The notes below the pieces were generated by a model. That model saw nothing but the letters and a program-made list of their open reading frames with translations, had not been told where the DNA came from and did not search any database. From Anthoceros angustus (lineage: Eukaryota; Plantae; Anthocerotophyta): DNA of 64,000 bases. Made by a program: the position numbers and the translations under genes. Positions 37,480 to 48,957 of this stretch are shown here, piece after piece. Position 1 is the stretch's first letter; every line of letters begins with the position of its first letter. Location of the stretch: positions 893,478 through 957,477 of the forward strand of contig MU008158.1 in the NCBI GenBank assembly GCA_010909165.1, in the 5' to 3' direction.

Positions 37480-37884
37480 CCGTACCCCGCGGACTGATTC
37501 GGTATTAATTAATTAATTAAAATTATTAAAAGTTGAAAATCGAGAAATTATTATACTTAAAATGTTGAATATGTAAAAATTTATGAGTTTAAGATGCAGA
37601 AAACAAGGAAACTAGGGTTTGTGTGGAAAAGTAGGGACCTGTTTAGGGGAGGTCTATACATATCCATTACCAAGTCCCATGATGGAAATCCGTCCTTAGT
37701 GGACTTCAATAAAATTCTTCTTCTTCTTCTTCTTCATTAGTTATATATATACCTATGTATTTTAATAAAATTATTTTTTGAAAATATTTAAATTTTGAAA
37801 ATATTAATATTTATGTTGAACCTTATTTTATTTTAAAAATAATTATTTCGGCATTATCCTGTTGAACCACCCCTCGGGGTACGG
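37480..37884. mobile_element. 405-bp MITE (Tc1/mariner/pogo-like) nested in the CACTA right TIR
   Basis: Perfect 10-bp TIR ccgtaccccg/cggggtacgg, AT-rich interior, flanks TA and GA (read as a TA TSD with one substitution). Confidence 0.7.
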
Positions 37885-38470
37885 GAGTGAGGATTGTGGG
37901 TGAATGGCACTTGCAGGACATCTACGCTACTTCGGTGGAGTCATGCTGTGGGTCAGGCTTTGCGCAAGGCAGTATAAAAATTCCACAAGCCGAATATAAA
38001 AACACCAAGGAATCTGTGAGGTATCTGAGATGGTTCGGGGTTCGAGCCAAACGAGCGCCACAGTGAGCAGGCGCTTTTATTTGCTGATGAGGTTTAGGCG
38101 ACAGGATAGATACTAGATGCGGCCAGACGTCGAACCCAGTGACCAGAAACGCATGAAAGAGACACGGACAAAAACAGACCAGGAAGGTGTAATTGATGCT
38201 GCAATGCACAAACTGAGGTGTGGTGGCCGCAGATGGCGTCACGCTTTTGTCAAGTATCGGCCCATCCGGGCGGCAAAGGTTTCACGCTTTTATTCGGTTT
38301 ATGTCGTACTCTACACCCAGGAGATGTCAGGAGCCATTCACAGCTGGTACCTCTGAAGCGAGTGCACTGTGGACACAAATGCACAGCAGCTAGCAGCGGC
38401 TGTAGGAGGTGGAGCAGGAGCAAGATAGACACATGCATGTAGGTGCTTGAAGCCAGTGGTGTGAGCGAGC

Positions 38471-40330
38471 ATGGGCGCAGAGGCAGAGCTACGGGGAGAT
38501 TATGCTCAGGCGCTGGCTCTGCTTGTGACGGCAGCCTTGGTATGGTTGCTGTCCGTGGTGCTGTACAGATCAAGGCGACAGACGGGACGGAATGCCGGGT
38601 TGAAGCTGCCTCCGGGGCCCCCCAATCTGCCAGTCATCGGATCAATGCACCTCCTTTCCGAGCCCCTGTGTTTGGCTTTCCAGGATCTCTCCCGGAAGTA
38701 TGGCCCGCTGATGTACATGAGGTTAGGCTACACTGACTGCGTGGTGGTGTCAGATGCCGACACAGCCAAGGCGTTCACCACCACACACGACGTGCAATTC
38801 GCGTCCAGGCCATACTCCACCCTGGGCGAGGTCGTCGGCTTCAACTTCAACGACGTGGTGATGGCACCGTACACCCCCCGCCTGAAGCGCCTGCGGAAGC
38901 TCATGGCCACGGAGCTCATGTCCGCGGAAAGAATCGCTAGCTTCGACCCCATCATAGCGGAAGAGACTGCTGCGTGCGTCACCAGGATGTGGGACTCGAA
39001 TGCGGAACCGGTGGCATTCCGGCGGGAATTGAAGACTCTCATGTCCAACGCCATCTGCCAGATCCTGTTCGGGACGCGGTATGCGGCGGACAGCGCGTTG
39101 GGGAAGAGCTTGGAGGCGTTCGCGGACGCCGTGGAAAGCGTGGGCAGGACCGGCGGGAAGTTGGACCCCGGCCAATTCTTCCCTGCCATTCGGTGGATGG
39201 ATTTGAGGGGAGTGAAGCGTTCCTTAACCAAGGACATGCTTGTGGCTGAGGGCTCCCTCCAGGCTGTGCTTGATGACAGACGGGCTGTTATTGCTGCCGA
39301 TGCCGATGCCGATGCCGATGCCGATGCCGATGCGGACATGGACGTACTGGAAGCCTCCCGCAGGAAACGCTGCACCATGGCTGACATTTTGTTGTTGCAG
39401 AACCAGGCGGGGCAACTCTCGGATATCGAGCTCATAGCTGTGGTTTTCGTTAAGTTTCCTTCCGAACCCGAACAAACTGATGTGGCTGAATGTTGAATAC
39501 ATAGACTGTTGTAGTGTTTGATTCGAGTCGCTCAGGATTGTGGGTGAAAGGCACTTGCAGGAAACATACGCTGGTTCGGTCGAGTCTTCGGCTATAACCG
39601 TGGAGTGGGGGATCGCGGAGCTCCTCAACAACCCGCACATGCTCAAGCGAGCCCGCCAAGAATTAGACCGTGCGGTGGGGAAACACCGTCGTGTTGAGAA
39701 GAGCGACATGTCCAATCTCCCATTCCTACAGGCAAGACTGACCATGAACATGAACTACATTCCCGCTTCACACTGCCTCCATTTTCATCTCTTTCTTGCG
39801 AGTTGCCAGCCGAGTTCACCGTCTGATTCGTGCCCTGGCCGCAGGCAGCGGTGAGGGAGACGCTGCGCTTGCACCCAGCCTTGCCTCTGGGCATCCCGCA
39901 CTCCAATGAAGAGGCCGCGGAGGTGAATGGCTATCACATCCCAGCCAAGAGCAGCGTCTTCTTCAACCTGCACGCCATAAACAGGGACTCCAGGAAATGG
40001 GACCTACCGGACCAGTTCCAGCCCGACCGCTTTCTCAACTCCAACATCAACGTGATGGGAGCACACCACCAGGTGCTCCCATTTGGGGCGGGAAGAAGGA
40101 TGTGCCCTGGGGCGTCCTTGGGATTAGGCACGGCTGTGAGAGCTTTGGCCAGCGTCATCCACGCGCTGGACTTTCAGCTGGTTGGAGAAGATGGCAACAT
40201 TCAAGCTGCTGGAACGCAGGCCCAAGGGGCTATTGACATGAGCGTTGCAACGGGGGTGGTAGGGTACATGAAGCAGCCAGTGCGTGCGGTGCCACTACCC
40301 AGGCTTCCCTGCAATGTGTACCGCAGCTGA
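38471..40330 (+). CDS. Cytochrome P450, CYP71 clan, 3 exons, 544 aa
   Basis: Exons 38471-39448, 39561-39731, 39845-40330 (1635 nt). N-terminal TM, LPPGP hinge, ETLR, PDRF, heme motif PFGAGRRMCPG. Second intron is GC-AG. Confidence 0.93.
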
Positions 40331-40421
40331 CATCTACGCCAACCGGCCACGTAGCATCAAGCTTACGGAGTTACGATCAGGAACGGATGTCGATCGAGAA
40401 GATGACCTTGGAAGCTAGCCA

Positions 40422-41010
40422 GCTTAGCTCTTCGCTTTCACCTTGGCAAAACGCAGCTCAGCAGCTGTATGGTGTGCATCTCTTCCTCTCACAGTTAATG
40501 ATCAGCTGTTTCTCATGCTGGAGAGCATCTGAGTGCCGCTGTTTCTCGCCATGCTTGTTTCTGGACATCGGTGCGACTGTTTCTGGGGGTCCTTCTCCTG
40601 GTTCATTGATAATGTCAAGTCCAGGCGCTTAGCTCTTAGCTTTGACCTTGGCAAAAAGCAGCTCAGCAGCTGTATGGTGTGCATCTCTTCCTCTCACAGT
40701 TAATGATCAGCTGTTTCTCATGTTGGAGAGCATATGAGTGCCGCTGTTTCTGGCCATGCTTGTTTCTGGACCTGGAGAGCATCTGAGTGCGACTGTTTCT
40801 GAGAGTCCTTCTCCTTGTTCATTGATAATGTCAAGCCCGGGTACGTTTCTTAGAGCATTCAAGCCATACACGTGTGAGGGCAAGCAACTCCTCAGCCAAA
40901 TGTGGAACAAGGACGAGGTGGATTTGGTTGCTGGCATCAGCCTATTAGACATGTTTATGAAGTGTGGCAGCGCCGACGATCCTCAAGTATTCCCAGTCGG
41001 ATGTGCGAGG
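40422..41010 (+). pseudogene. PPR relic with a ~205-bp tandem duplication
   Basis: Duplicate units 40422-40626 and 40627-40842, followed by TFLRAFKPYTCEGKQLLSQ...DLVAGISLLDMFMKCGSADD. Confidence 0.6.
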
Positions 41011-42012
41011 TCCCATCTTCTATTCACACAAGTCATTTTTCTGTAGGCGGAAACCGACCAATCTGAGTTTTCCATATGTTCAAAGCTCAGTGTCGGTAAC
41101 CTCCGTGTCAGCGCGAACAAGGTTTGCATAGACCCCCACGTGGTGCTCCACAACATTAGGGCATGGATGGCATCGACATCGGCGCGCCTCCAAGCCTCGT
41201 AAGCCTACGTTTTTTCGTCTGTGTAGCGGGATGTAGATCTAGACCATGTTTGCTTACAGTTTCCGCTTGCAAGATCTAATTGCGAGCAAAGCAGCAGCGG
41301 CCAAAGGCCAGGGTGTAATAAGACCGCTACGATGGTCAGCTTCTGGGCAGTCATCGTGCTAACGCTGGTTCTGGCTCTGTTCATAGCCGTTTCCCTCTTG
41401 GCTCCGGGCGTTATCCGTCAGTCATCGTCCCTACCCTTCCTCTTTGTTTCCTTCCTAGCATGGTAGAAAGCTCGTAGGAGAATGCGTCACGACGGTTTGT
41501 TTGAATTCTAGCTATTTTTGTTTCTGTGTGATGACAGGTTTCAACAAATCCGCTGCTGCGGAAGGCACTGTCAAAGCTCTCAATACACTTCCTGTAACTG
41601 CTTGAGAACTTAGAAGCACTGAATTCCTCCTTGTCTAGTACAAGGTACAGGGGCAGACGGCTTCCCAAGTTTCAGTCTTGAGAGCAAGTCACATGTTAGC
41701 GTTGGGATTAAGGTGTTTCCTTCGCTCTGTCGATTTTGCCAAGTAGTTTACTGGCAGCTTTTCGAGTTATGTCTCTTTCCTCAGAACCTGCAGGTAGACC
41801 GATGATCAATGGTATGTAGGTCGATTATTTTCTCAGCCTCCTGATAAAGGGCATCCATGTTACGATAACCCTACACAGGAGCTGCTGTTAGACACCCAAG
41901 GGGCTGCTGTTATACACCCACAGCGAAATCGGAATCATGAATGGCGAGGATGAAAGGAGAATCCATGTTAGGATAAGCCAACACAGCGCGCCTGAGGTGA
42001 GTTCCTGTATCG

Positions 42013-42075
42013 GGGCACCCACCTCGTGTATCAGGAGGCCTGGGAGGGCACCAACCTCGTGTATCAGGAGGCCTG
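42013..42075. repeat. 30-bp direct repeat, period 33
   Basis: gggcaccMacctcgtgtatcaggaggcctg at 42013 and 42046. Confidence 0.85.
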
Positions 42076-42625
42076 TCCCAGAAAAACTGTGACGCTCCTG
42101 AGAACCTGTTTTTGGAGTGATTTGCTTTACTCAATTATATATAACAAGGTACAACAAAGAACTACTCCGAATACTCAAAAACGTCTTCAGAGTCTGGCAG
42201 TTTGAATTGAGTCGAGAAAGGTGGTCTTCGCAGAGACCACCATACCACGTAACTACCGAATTGAAGTTTCTAAGGTGTCAAGGATTGCCTGACGTTCCAG
42301 CAATTCGTGGAGAAGCACGTCGAGATCCTGTGGAATTTCAGACAGTGCTTCGTGGATGGGTCTTGAAAGCGGCAAAGTGAGCCCAGGAAAGAACGCAGCG
42401 TCCAGTCGGTCCATTTCCCCTGTTTAGATTTTAGATGGCTTTGGAGAACATAGTTGTGAGGGGGAAGTCAATGGAGAGGGGATCCTGTTCAAAGGAAGCG
42501 CCAACCGGTTGCTGCGGCTGGTGTCTAGGTCTGACCGGTCCTGAACCTGTTGAAGAATTTGATGGAAGAGGGATTCGAGCTTAAAATTAGCCTTATAAAA
42601 AACAAAACACATGTTCCCCAGCCCA

Positions 42626-42696
42626 GCGCAGCTGGTGTAGTGGTATCATAGTACCCTCCCACGGTACTGACCGGGGTTCGATTCCCCGGCTGCGCA
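42626..42696 (+). tRNA. tRNA-Gly: tRNA-Gly(CCC), copy 2
   Basis: Identical to 29867-29937; upstream TATAAAA present. Confidence 0.95.
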
Positions 42697-45589
42697 CCTG
42701 CTAGGTATACAATTATTTATGTGCCAGCATTTAATTTTCACGCAAGGCTTGCCTTCTTTCTAACTTCTCCAGCCTGAATGTCAAAGCCCTCTTTCTAACT
42801 TCTCCAGCCTGGACGTCCCTCTTTCTTACTTCGATATTTGAGTGCAGGGAAGTCCCTCTTTCTATTTCTCCAACCCGGAGACTTGATTTTCCTCTTTTAA
42901 AATGACAAGTATCCCCATGATATTTGGGTGGAGAGATTCTCGACGGACAAGCATCTTCAATTTAATTCTCCAACCTGAACTAAGATAGACAAGGATCCTC
43001 AATTTAATTCTCCAGCACAAACTAAGATAGACAAGCATCCTCAACAAAGATAGATGACATTTGAGCACAAATCTCGCACGCATACATAGGATTTGACCAA
43101 GTTGTGGATTCCTTCTTTGCTTCATACTATCCAAAGTGCACTCTCACCAGCTGTCTACAGGATTCAACCAAGTTGTTAGTTTGAAAGGAACGGCTATCAA
43201 AAAACCAATGAACCCAGTGGTTTCCATTATAGAATGCTATTTAACGCGTTCCGTGTTCCCGTTATCCACATTGCACCGCATTTGCTGTACTATCTATGTT
43301 GTTTCCTAATATCATGCGTTTCCTTATACCCTAATATCGCGATTATTACATACCCTAATACCCTAAATATTAAATACCCTGAGCTCAAATTATCCTAATT
43401 ATTTATTTATGTCCATTGCAAAGTTCCTTCTTTGCTTCATACATTGCGGGCTCCTTCTTTGGCTCATACTATATATCCAAGCTTTTATAGATTCAACCTT
43501 ATCATAGGTTGCTTCATATTATTCAATCCGTTTATGTCTGGCATACCCTTCTTTTCTCTGTAGTAGTCTGTGCATTGAAGGTTTAATGTCCCTGAGGTAA
43601 CAAAACATTTGAACTCCTTTATTACATCTGAATCCTCTATTATACTTATCATATCATATAGCTAGGAAACATAATACTATTGAAGTTTCTGAACAAACAT
43701 TATCAATCATAGTAGTTTTCATGTTGTCGGCTCCTAGTTATCAACAACCTCAAAGGGTTGCCTTTGCTTACAAAGATATTGATTTAGCCTGCACAGTCAC
43801 AGCATCCCGTATCATGTCACACCGTCCCGTATTCTACGAGCCCATGCATCTACAATCATTATCCGGCATTCTCTATTTAAGCAGTGTCATACCGTGTGAC
43901 ACTAATCTGAGCGCTTGGGTTTAGTGTTTGATTAGTGTTAATTAATCTAGTTACTTATCTTTAAGTAAGTAATTAGTATTAATGAACATATGCACTTATA
44001 TTAATTAGTATGGATTAGTGTTAATTAAACATTGTTAGCAAGAGCTAAGTGGATAAGCACAAGTAATATGCTTTAGGAATTCCTTGCATATTATAGTATA
44101 TTCTTAGGATATTTTCGGCATATGCTTATGTCAATAGGATATCTTAGGAATATCCCGATACCGAGGACTAGAATATATAGATCCTTTCATACAGGACAAG
44201 CTCATATCATAGCTTTTCTTCTAGATATACAATGTAAGAGTGTTGTGAGGAGGCCAAAGCTATGACTCCGAGAGCGATGTGTGAGGAATTTGCGTATTGT
44301 TCTCGTGGAAAAAGTGTGTTTGTGCCACGACGTGTGAGCTACTCTCTCCTCAATTGGTCTGCACCTGTATTTGCATATTAGATTTGTTTTGCTTGGTTGT
44401 CTCTTGAGGAAGTGCTCAAATGAATGCAAGTGCTTACCTTGTACGACAGCAATGACGAGATGGTGCTACGGCGGTGCACGTTGGGTAGGGGATCTAGGTC
44501 TTGTGGCAAGGGCAGTCGCCTTCCAAGCATGGTCTCCCAATCTTCCCCTTCCAACCAATTTCTAATTAGGCAACACTTCAAAGGTTGCCTTAGAAAACCC
44601 TAGCCCTACACACATGCATGCTATAGTTAGGCGTACCACAGTCAGGCTTGTTGCAATTGCGCCTTTGGTGGGATAAGCCGCAGTTGGCAAGCTCAACGAT
44701 AAATTATACATGTGATGCAACATATGCATTGTTGGTGAATTTTTGCAATCAACTTGATAAAAACCACTACATATATGTATAAAATGCCCACGTCCATGAC
44801 CACAAATGCCAATACCATTTTTTGACGAGTGAGGAGGTCGAGAAAATATGTTGACCCATAGCAATAACGTGTTATCCACTTTAAATTTGTCTGGCTCAAA
44901 GCCGTGTTTTCCACTTTGTCTAGCTCAAATCCGGGTTGTCCACTTTGTCTACCATCTTCATGCCTGGCGCAAATATTATTGCTTGTCAATTTGTCTCTCT
45001 TTGTAAGTACGTCGTGTTTGAGGCATTGTAACTAGTGGGCCTAGTTTTGGGCTTCGGTTTTTACGCAATATCGTGGAGTGAAGTGTGAACTTGGTCCTGG
45101 GTCCTATCTATTTGCATGAGGTATGAATTGAGAGTTCGAATGCACTAGCTACCGGATTGGAGTAGTGCTCACACCTTTGGAAGGAAGGGCACACAAATCG
45201 CCCGCTGAATCTGAAATTGCACAGAATAGCTGCATTGCCAGCATATTGGTGAACATGTAAGTGGTGGCTTGATTACGCTTCCAGGAGGTCTAATAAGAAG
45301 GTTAGATTTAAGACTCCACTGTCGCATTCTTAACAAGGACATCTGAAAAGTCATGTAACATAATATCGGCTAAGGCGGGATCATGAACAAAGTTTATTTA
45401 GTATGATAAGACAAATTCATCTTTTTGATAATGCAAAGAAAAGCATGAGTGTCGGGACGACAATAGTCCCAAGCCACCTAAGCAATAAATACTTGCTGAA
45501 TTGGCGACACAAAGATCATATATTTGGCCCTTAGTATATATATATATAAGCTTAGTTCATGATAATCCCCAGCCTAGGCATCTATGATA

Positions 45590-47120
45590 GAAGATTATAT
45601 CTAACATCACATGAGACCTTGAGGCATGACACTCACTTTCAGTATTCAGTATATTGCTTATCCATATCGCTGTACGGCGTGGTGAGGCCCGCGGTCAAGG
45701 TGATTTTGCCCGATTGGGCGGAAGCTATTTGCGCAGCGTCCTTGCGCAACTTTAAACTGCAAACGATTATCATATGCTCCAATTCTCATCCTCATGATCT
45801 TGGCTTGTAAAAGCCTGAGCTAGAAGTAGGCTTGACAACACTCATAAGTGAAAAATAGGATGGTCCCCCAAACACTGCAGATGGAATCAATATCGGTCAC
45901 TCAGTTAGGGGTCTATCATTGTTGGGAAGGAGGGTTATGGAAGTAGAGTCGAAAAAGAGTGGAGCCACACTATACCATATATTCAAGGTGGTCTCGTACC
46001 TTTGAACTTGTCCAAGAGAATCTGGCCCCGCGATAACCGGGGCAACATATGTTAAAGATCATAGACCTAAGTTCCTAGGAAAAGTATCTAATGTACTAGA
46101 AGCGAAGCAAAGCGTGCTCGCTAAAAGAGAGGCACGCTAGAGTGTCGTATGCTGGAAGATAAACATGATGTGTTGTGTTGGAAGAGAAGCGGGGTGTGCT
46201 TGCTAAAAGAGAAGCAAGGCAAGCTGTGTTGGAAGAGAAGCAGGGTATGTTGTGCTTGAAGAGAAGGAGGATATGTTGTCATGGAAGAAAAGCAGGACAC
46301 AAGCTACTAAAAGAGATCCTGGGCCTGCTGTTCAAGGAGAGAAGCAGATTGTGCTCTTCTGGAAGAGATGCAAGGCGCATTGTTTGGGACAAATAGAAAA
46401 GAGGGCACGGAAAGGAGGGTAAGGGGAGCATGAAGTGAAAGCAAAATAATGCATATGATTTCCAAAACAAAAACATAACGTCACTAGATTTCCCAACCAT
46501 CTCCACCTTTTATCCTCAAAGTTCTATCAATCCTCTTATTTTGTAACATGTCATCAAATTCCTTCCAACAATTCTTAACTCACGCTAGCTTTTCAAAACT
46601 ATGTCATTATTTACAACTACTACATTTGGAGTGGTTCAAGAACTCCTTCAATCACTGCAGTGGTATTGATGATGGTGGTGGTAACTTTCTCCACAATACT
46701 GGACATGAAGAGCCAATCTCTTCTTTCACCAAGCAGCCACTGAATCGCACGATTACCAAAATTGATCCACCCTCACTAGCACCAAAGAGCTGTGGAACTC
46801 ACTTCTTTTTGCCACGCCTGCCCCTGCCAGCCAACATTACCAGTAAACTTTAGGGAAGAATTCGATCATTACACAAAAAATCCATATTACGAACCCCAAT
46901 CTCCGAGTTCTCTCCTTATGCTACATGAAGGGTAGGGCATGTTGCTCAAGGCCATGAGGGTTTCTCAAGCCAAAAGTTTTTCTAGGTTTCCCTTGCCAAC
47001 TCATGCACTTGGATGCATTGAAATCCCATAGGATTAGGGAAATGCATACAAGGACACCCCTAACCCACCAGGTATCTTTCAACCATTTCAGGAGTAGTCC
47101 ACATTCTGCAAGGTGCAATC
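45590..47120 (-). mobile_element. Highly decayed Ty3/gypsy gag-RT relic
   Basis: Minus strand: CCHC-like C/QYCGESYHHHHQYHC near 46650-46710; RT fragments VVKPTSSS, DENWSI and VMPQGL (45613-45630). LTRs not identified. Confidence 0.5.
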
Positions 47121-47578
47121 ACAACTCGTTTGGTGGTTTCAAGGACAAATAGTCTAAGCCCAAGCTTGCCAACCAGAAACCTCTTAACCGCGAAGGCAGC
47201 TCGCCTACCAGAAACCTCTTAGCCGCGAAAGCATCACTACAGCTCTAGCGGGCTACTCCCCTTGGGGTATATAAATAAGGCCAAAGCAAAAGACCTTGAG
47301 GTTGTTGAAAATATCAAGGTCTTGCATCACCGCCACAAAGTAGAATTGTCCAAAAAATCAACATCACCCAACCCGCAGAGGATGCAACAGTAATATCCCT
47401 ACCAAAAGAGCTACCACTAGCTAGACCGTGGTGCAAAAGTGCAAAATACCGCATGGGCTTGCAGCGGTGGAGTGGAATGTACAAAACACAAGCCAAGTGA
47501 TGCCACCGTGTGCTTGGAGCCGGCTAAGAACGGAAACCCGGCTGCAGACGTAACGAGACAGCACGGTAGTTCGGAGAC

Positions 47579-48220
47579 TTACGCTTTGTCTTTCTCCGCT
47601 GCTTCACCATCTGCCTTCGCAGCTGCAGCCTTGGGCGCCTTTGCCGCCTTCCCCTTCTTTGGGGTTGTCTTTTTGGCCGGAGAAGAAGTTGCTTTCTCAG
47701 CCGGAGTGCCAGGAGTTGCAGCTGCGATCCCCGCCGCGTTCGGCTTCTTTGGCAGTAACACTGCGTGGATGTTAGGGAGCACGCCTCCTCCAGCGATTGT
47801 AACGCCACCCAGCAGCTTGCTCAGCTCTTCATCATTTCTGATTGCAAGCTGAATGTGTCGGGGGATAATCCGCGTCTTCTTGTTATCCCTGGAGGCATTC
47901 CCAGCAAGCTCCAAAACCTGCAAATCAAGGCCAGCACCACCTTAGGGCTATGGTGAACCAAGCACAGATCATGCAAAATCCTGCCAAAGCGCGATCTCCA
48001 CAGATACTGAAGAAGAAATAACAGGAGAAAAAGTAAGACATACCTCAGCTGCCAGATACTCCAATACAGCAGCAAGGTAAACCGGTGCCCCGGCCCCGAC
48101 TCGCTTGGCATACCGACCAGCTTTTAAGTATCGGGCTATTCTGCCAACGGGAAATTGGAGTCCAGCCTTGGAACTCCGAGTCACCGACTTCTTCCCAGCT
48201 GCCTTGCCACGCCCAGACAT
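47579..48220 (-). CDS. H2A: Histone H2A variant with a 54-aa basic C-terminal tail (H2A.M/H2A.W-like), 2 exons, 171 aa
   Basis: Exons 48220-48044 and 47917-47579, phase-0 GT-AG intron; core [10 protein letters not shown]...[13 protein letters not shown]. Confidence 0.95.
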
Positions 48221-48957
48221 TCTGGCTTCTCACGTCTTAACAAGTGTCTCACACGGCTTAACGAGCACAAGAGGAAGCAATCCAACCACCCTTTCTGCCA
48301 AACTCACTCCCCCATGTGCTCGACAACAGCAGAGCCAGACACCTTGTCGATCGCTTGGGATATCAACAGAACACAAAAATTGGAGCTCTGGGCAAGGACT
48401 TCCTTGCTCCAGGGACAGAAATTGCGAGCAAGCAGCCCAGAATTCAGACACACGGGACCACGCCCAGAGCTGGATTTCAGACACGAGAACAGGAGAGCGA
48501 AAGCAGAGAGAAAATGGGTAAGAGATCGGAACTGCAGAGACGTTTTAATACGCGATGACTGGCGCGGGGTTTCGCCGCCCAGGTTATTGCGCCAAACCAG
48601 GACATTCCGTGCAATGTATTTCGTCTCTGTTCGTTTGCGATTTCGGGCTACAAGGACGTTTGAATTTCAAAAGACATGGCTTCCAAAAGGTGTTCTCACA
48701 TCTCGTTCCCTGCGACAGTAACACTGGCGGAACTGTTTCGCCATCAGCCAATGGCAGTTTGTCTAAGGGATCACCGTTCCTTCTCTCATATGGACGGTGC
48801 AAGATCAACAACGCACAGGATGGGTGACGTGGAGAAGAGGATCGATGATGTGGATGTACTATATTGTACTATATGAGTAGATGAGGTTATATTATTTTAC
48901 TCTAGGTCAGTTAAACAACTGTAATTTCATTAGGTTGTACGTTCGGCGCCGCCAGTG

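Larger units (their letters stand above)
31247..37889 (-). mobile_element. CACTA/EnSpm-like element, decayed, with internal duplications
   Basis: Left end CGCTACCTGGAAACCATGCCCTTTA. After removing the nested MITE the right end reads (reverse complement) CACTAcTAAGAAACCATGCCCTTTA, with a 16-bp perfect core (31256-71 / 37458-73). Subterminal inverted match ttttactatgg/ccatagtaaaa (31290 / 37401). 3-bp TSD acg/agg. Confidence 0.75.

Noticed and set aside
38000-38060. tRNA-like ggggttcgagcc
   Set aside because: No T-stem, acceptor stem or anticodon arm can be formed.
41411-41800. Minus-strand protein-like fragment (LYLVLDKEEFSASKF...)
   Set aside because: No start, no recognisable family, upstream stops; cannot be supported.
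43895-45173. Solo LTR with TGTGA...TCACA ends
   Set aside because: No TSD (taccg / ccttt) and no primer-binding site or polypurine tract identified; left as unassigned TE-like debris.
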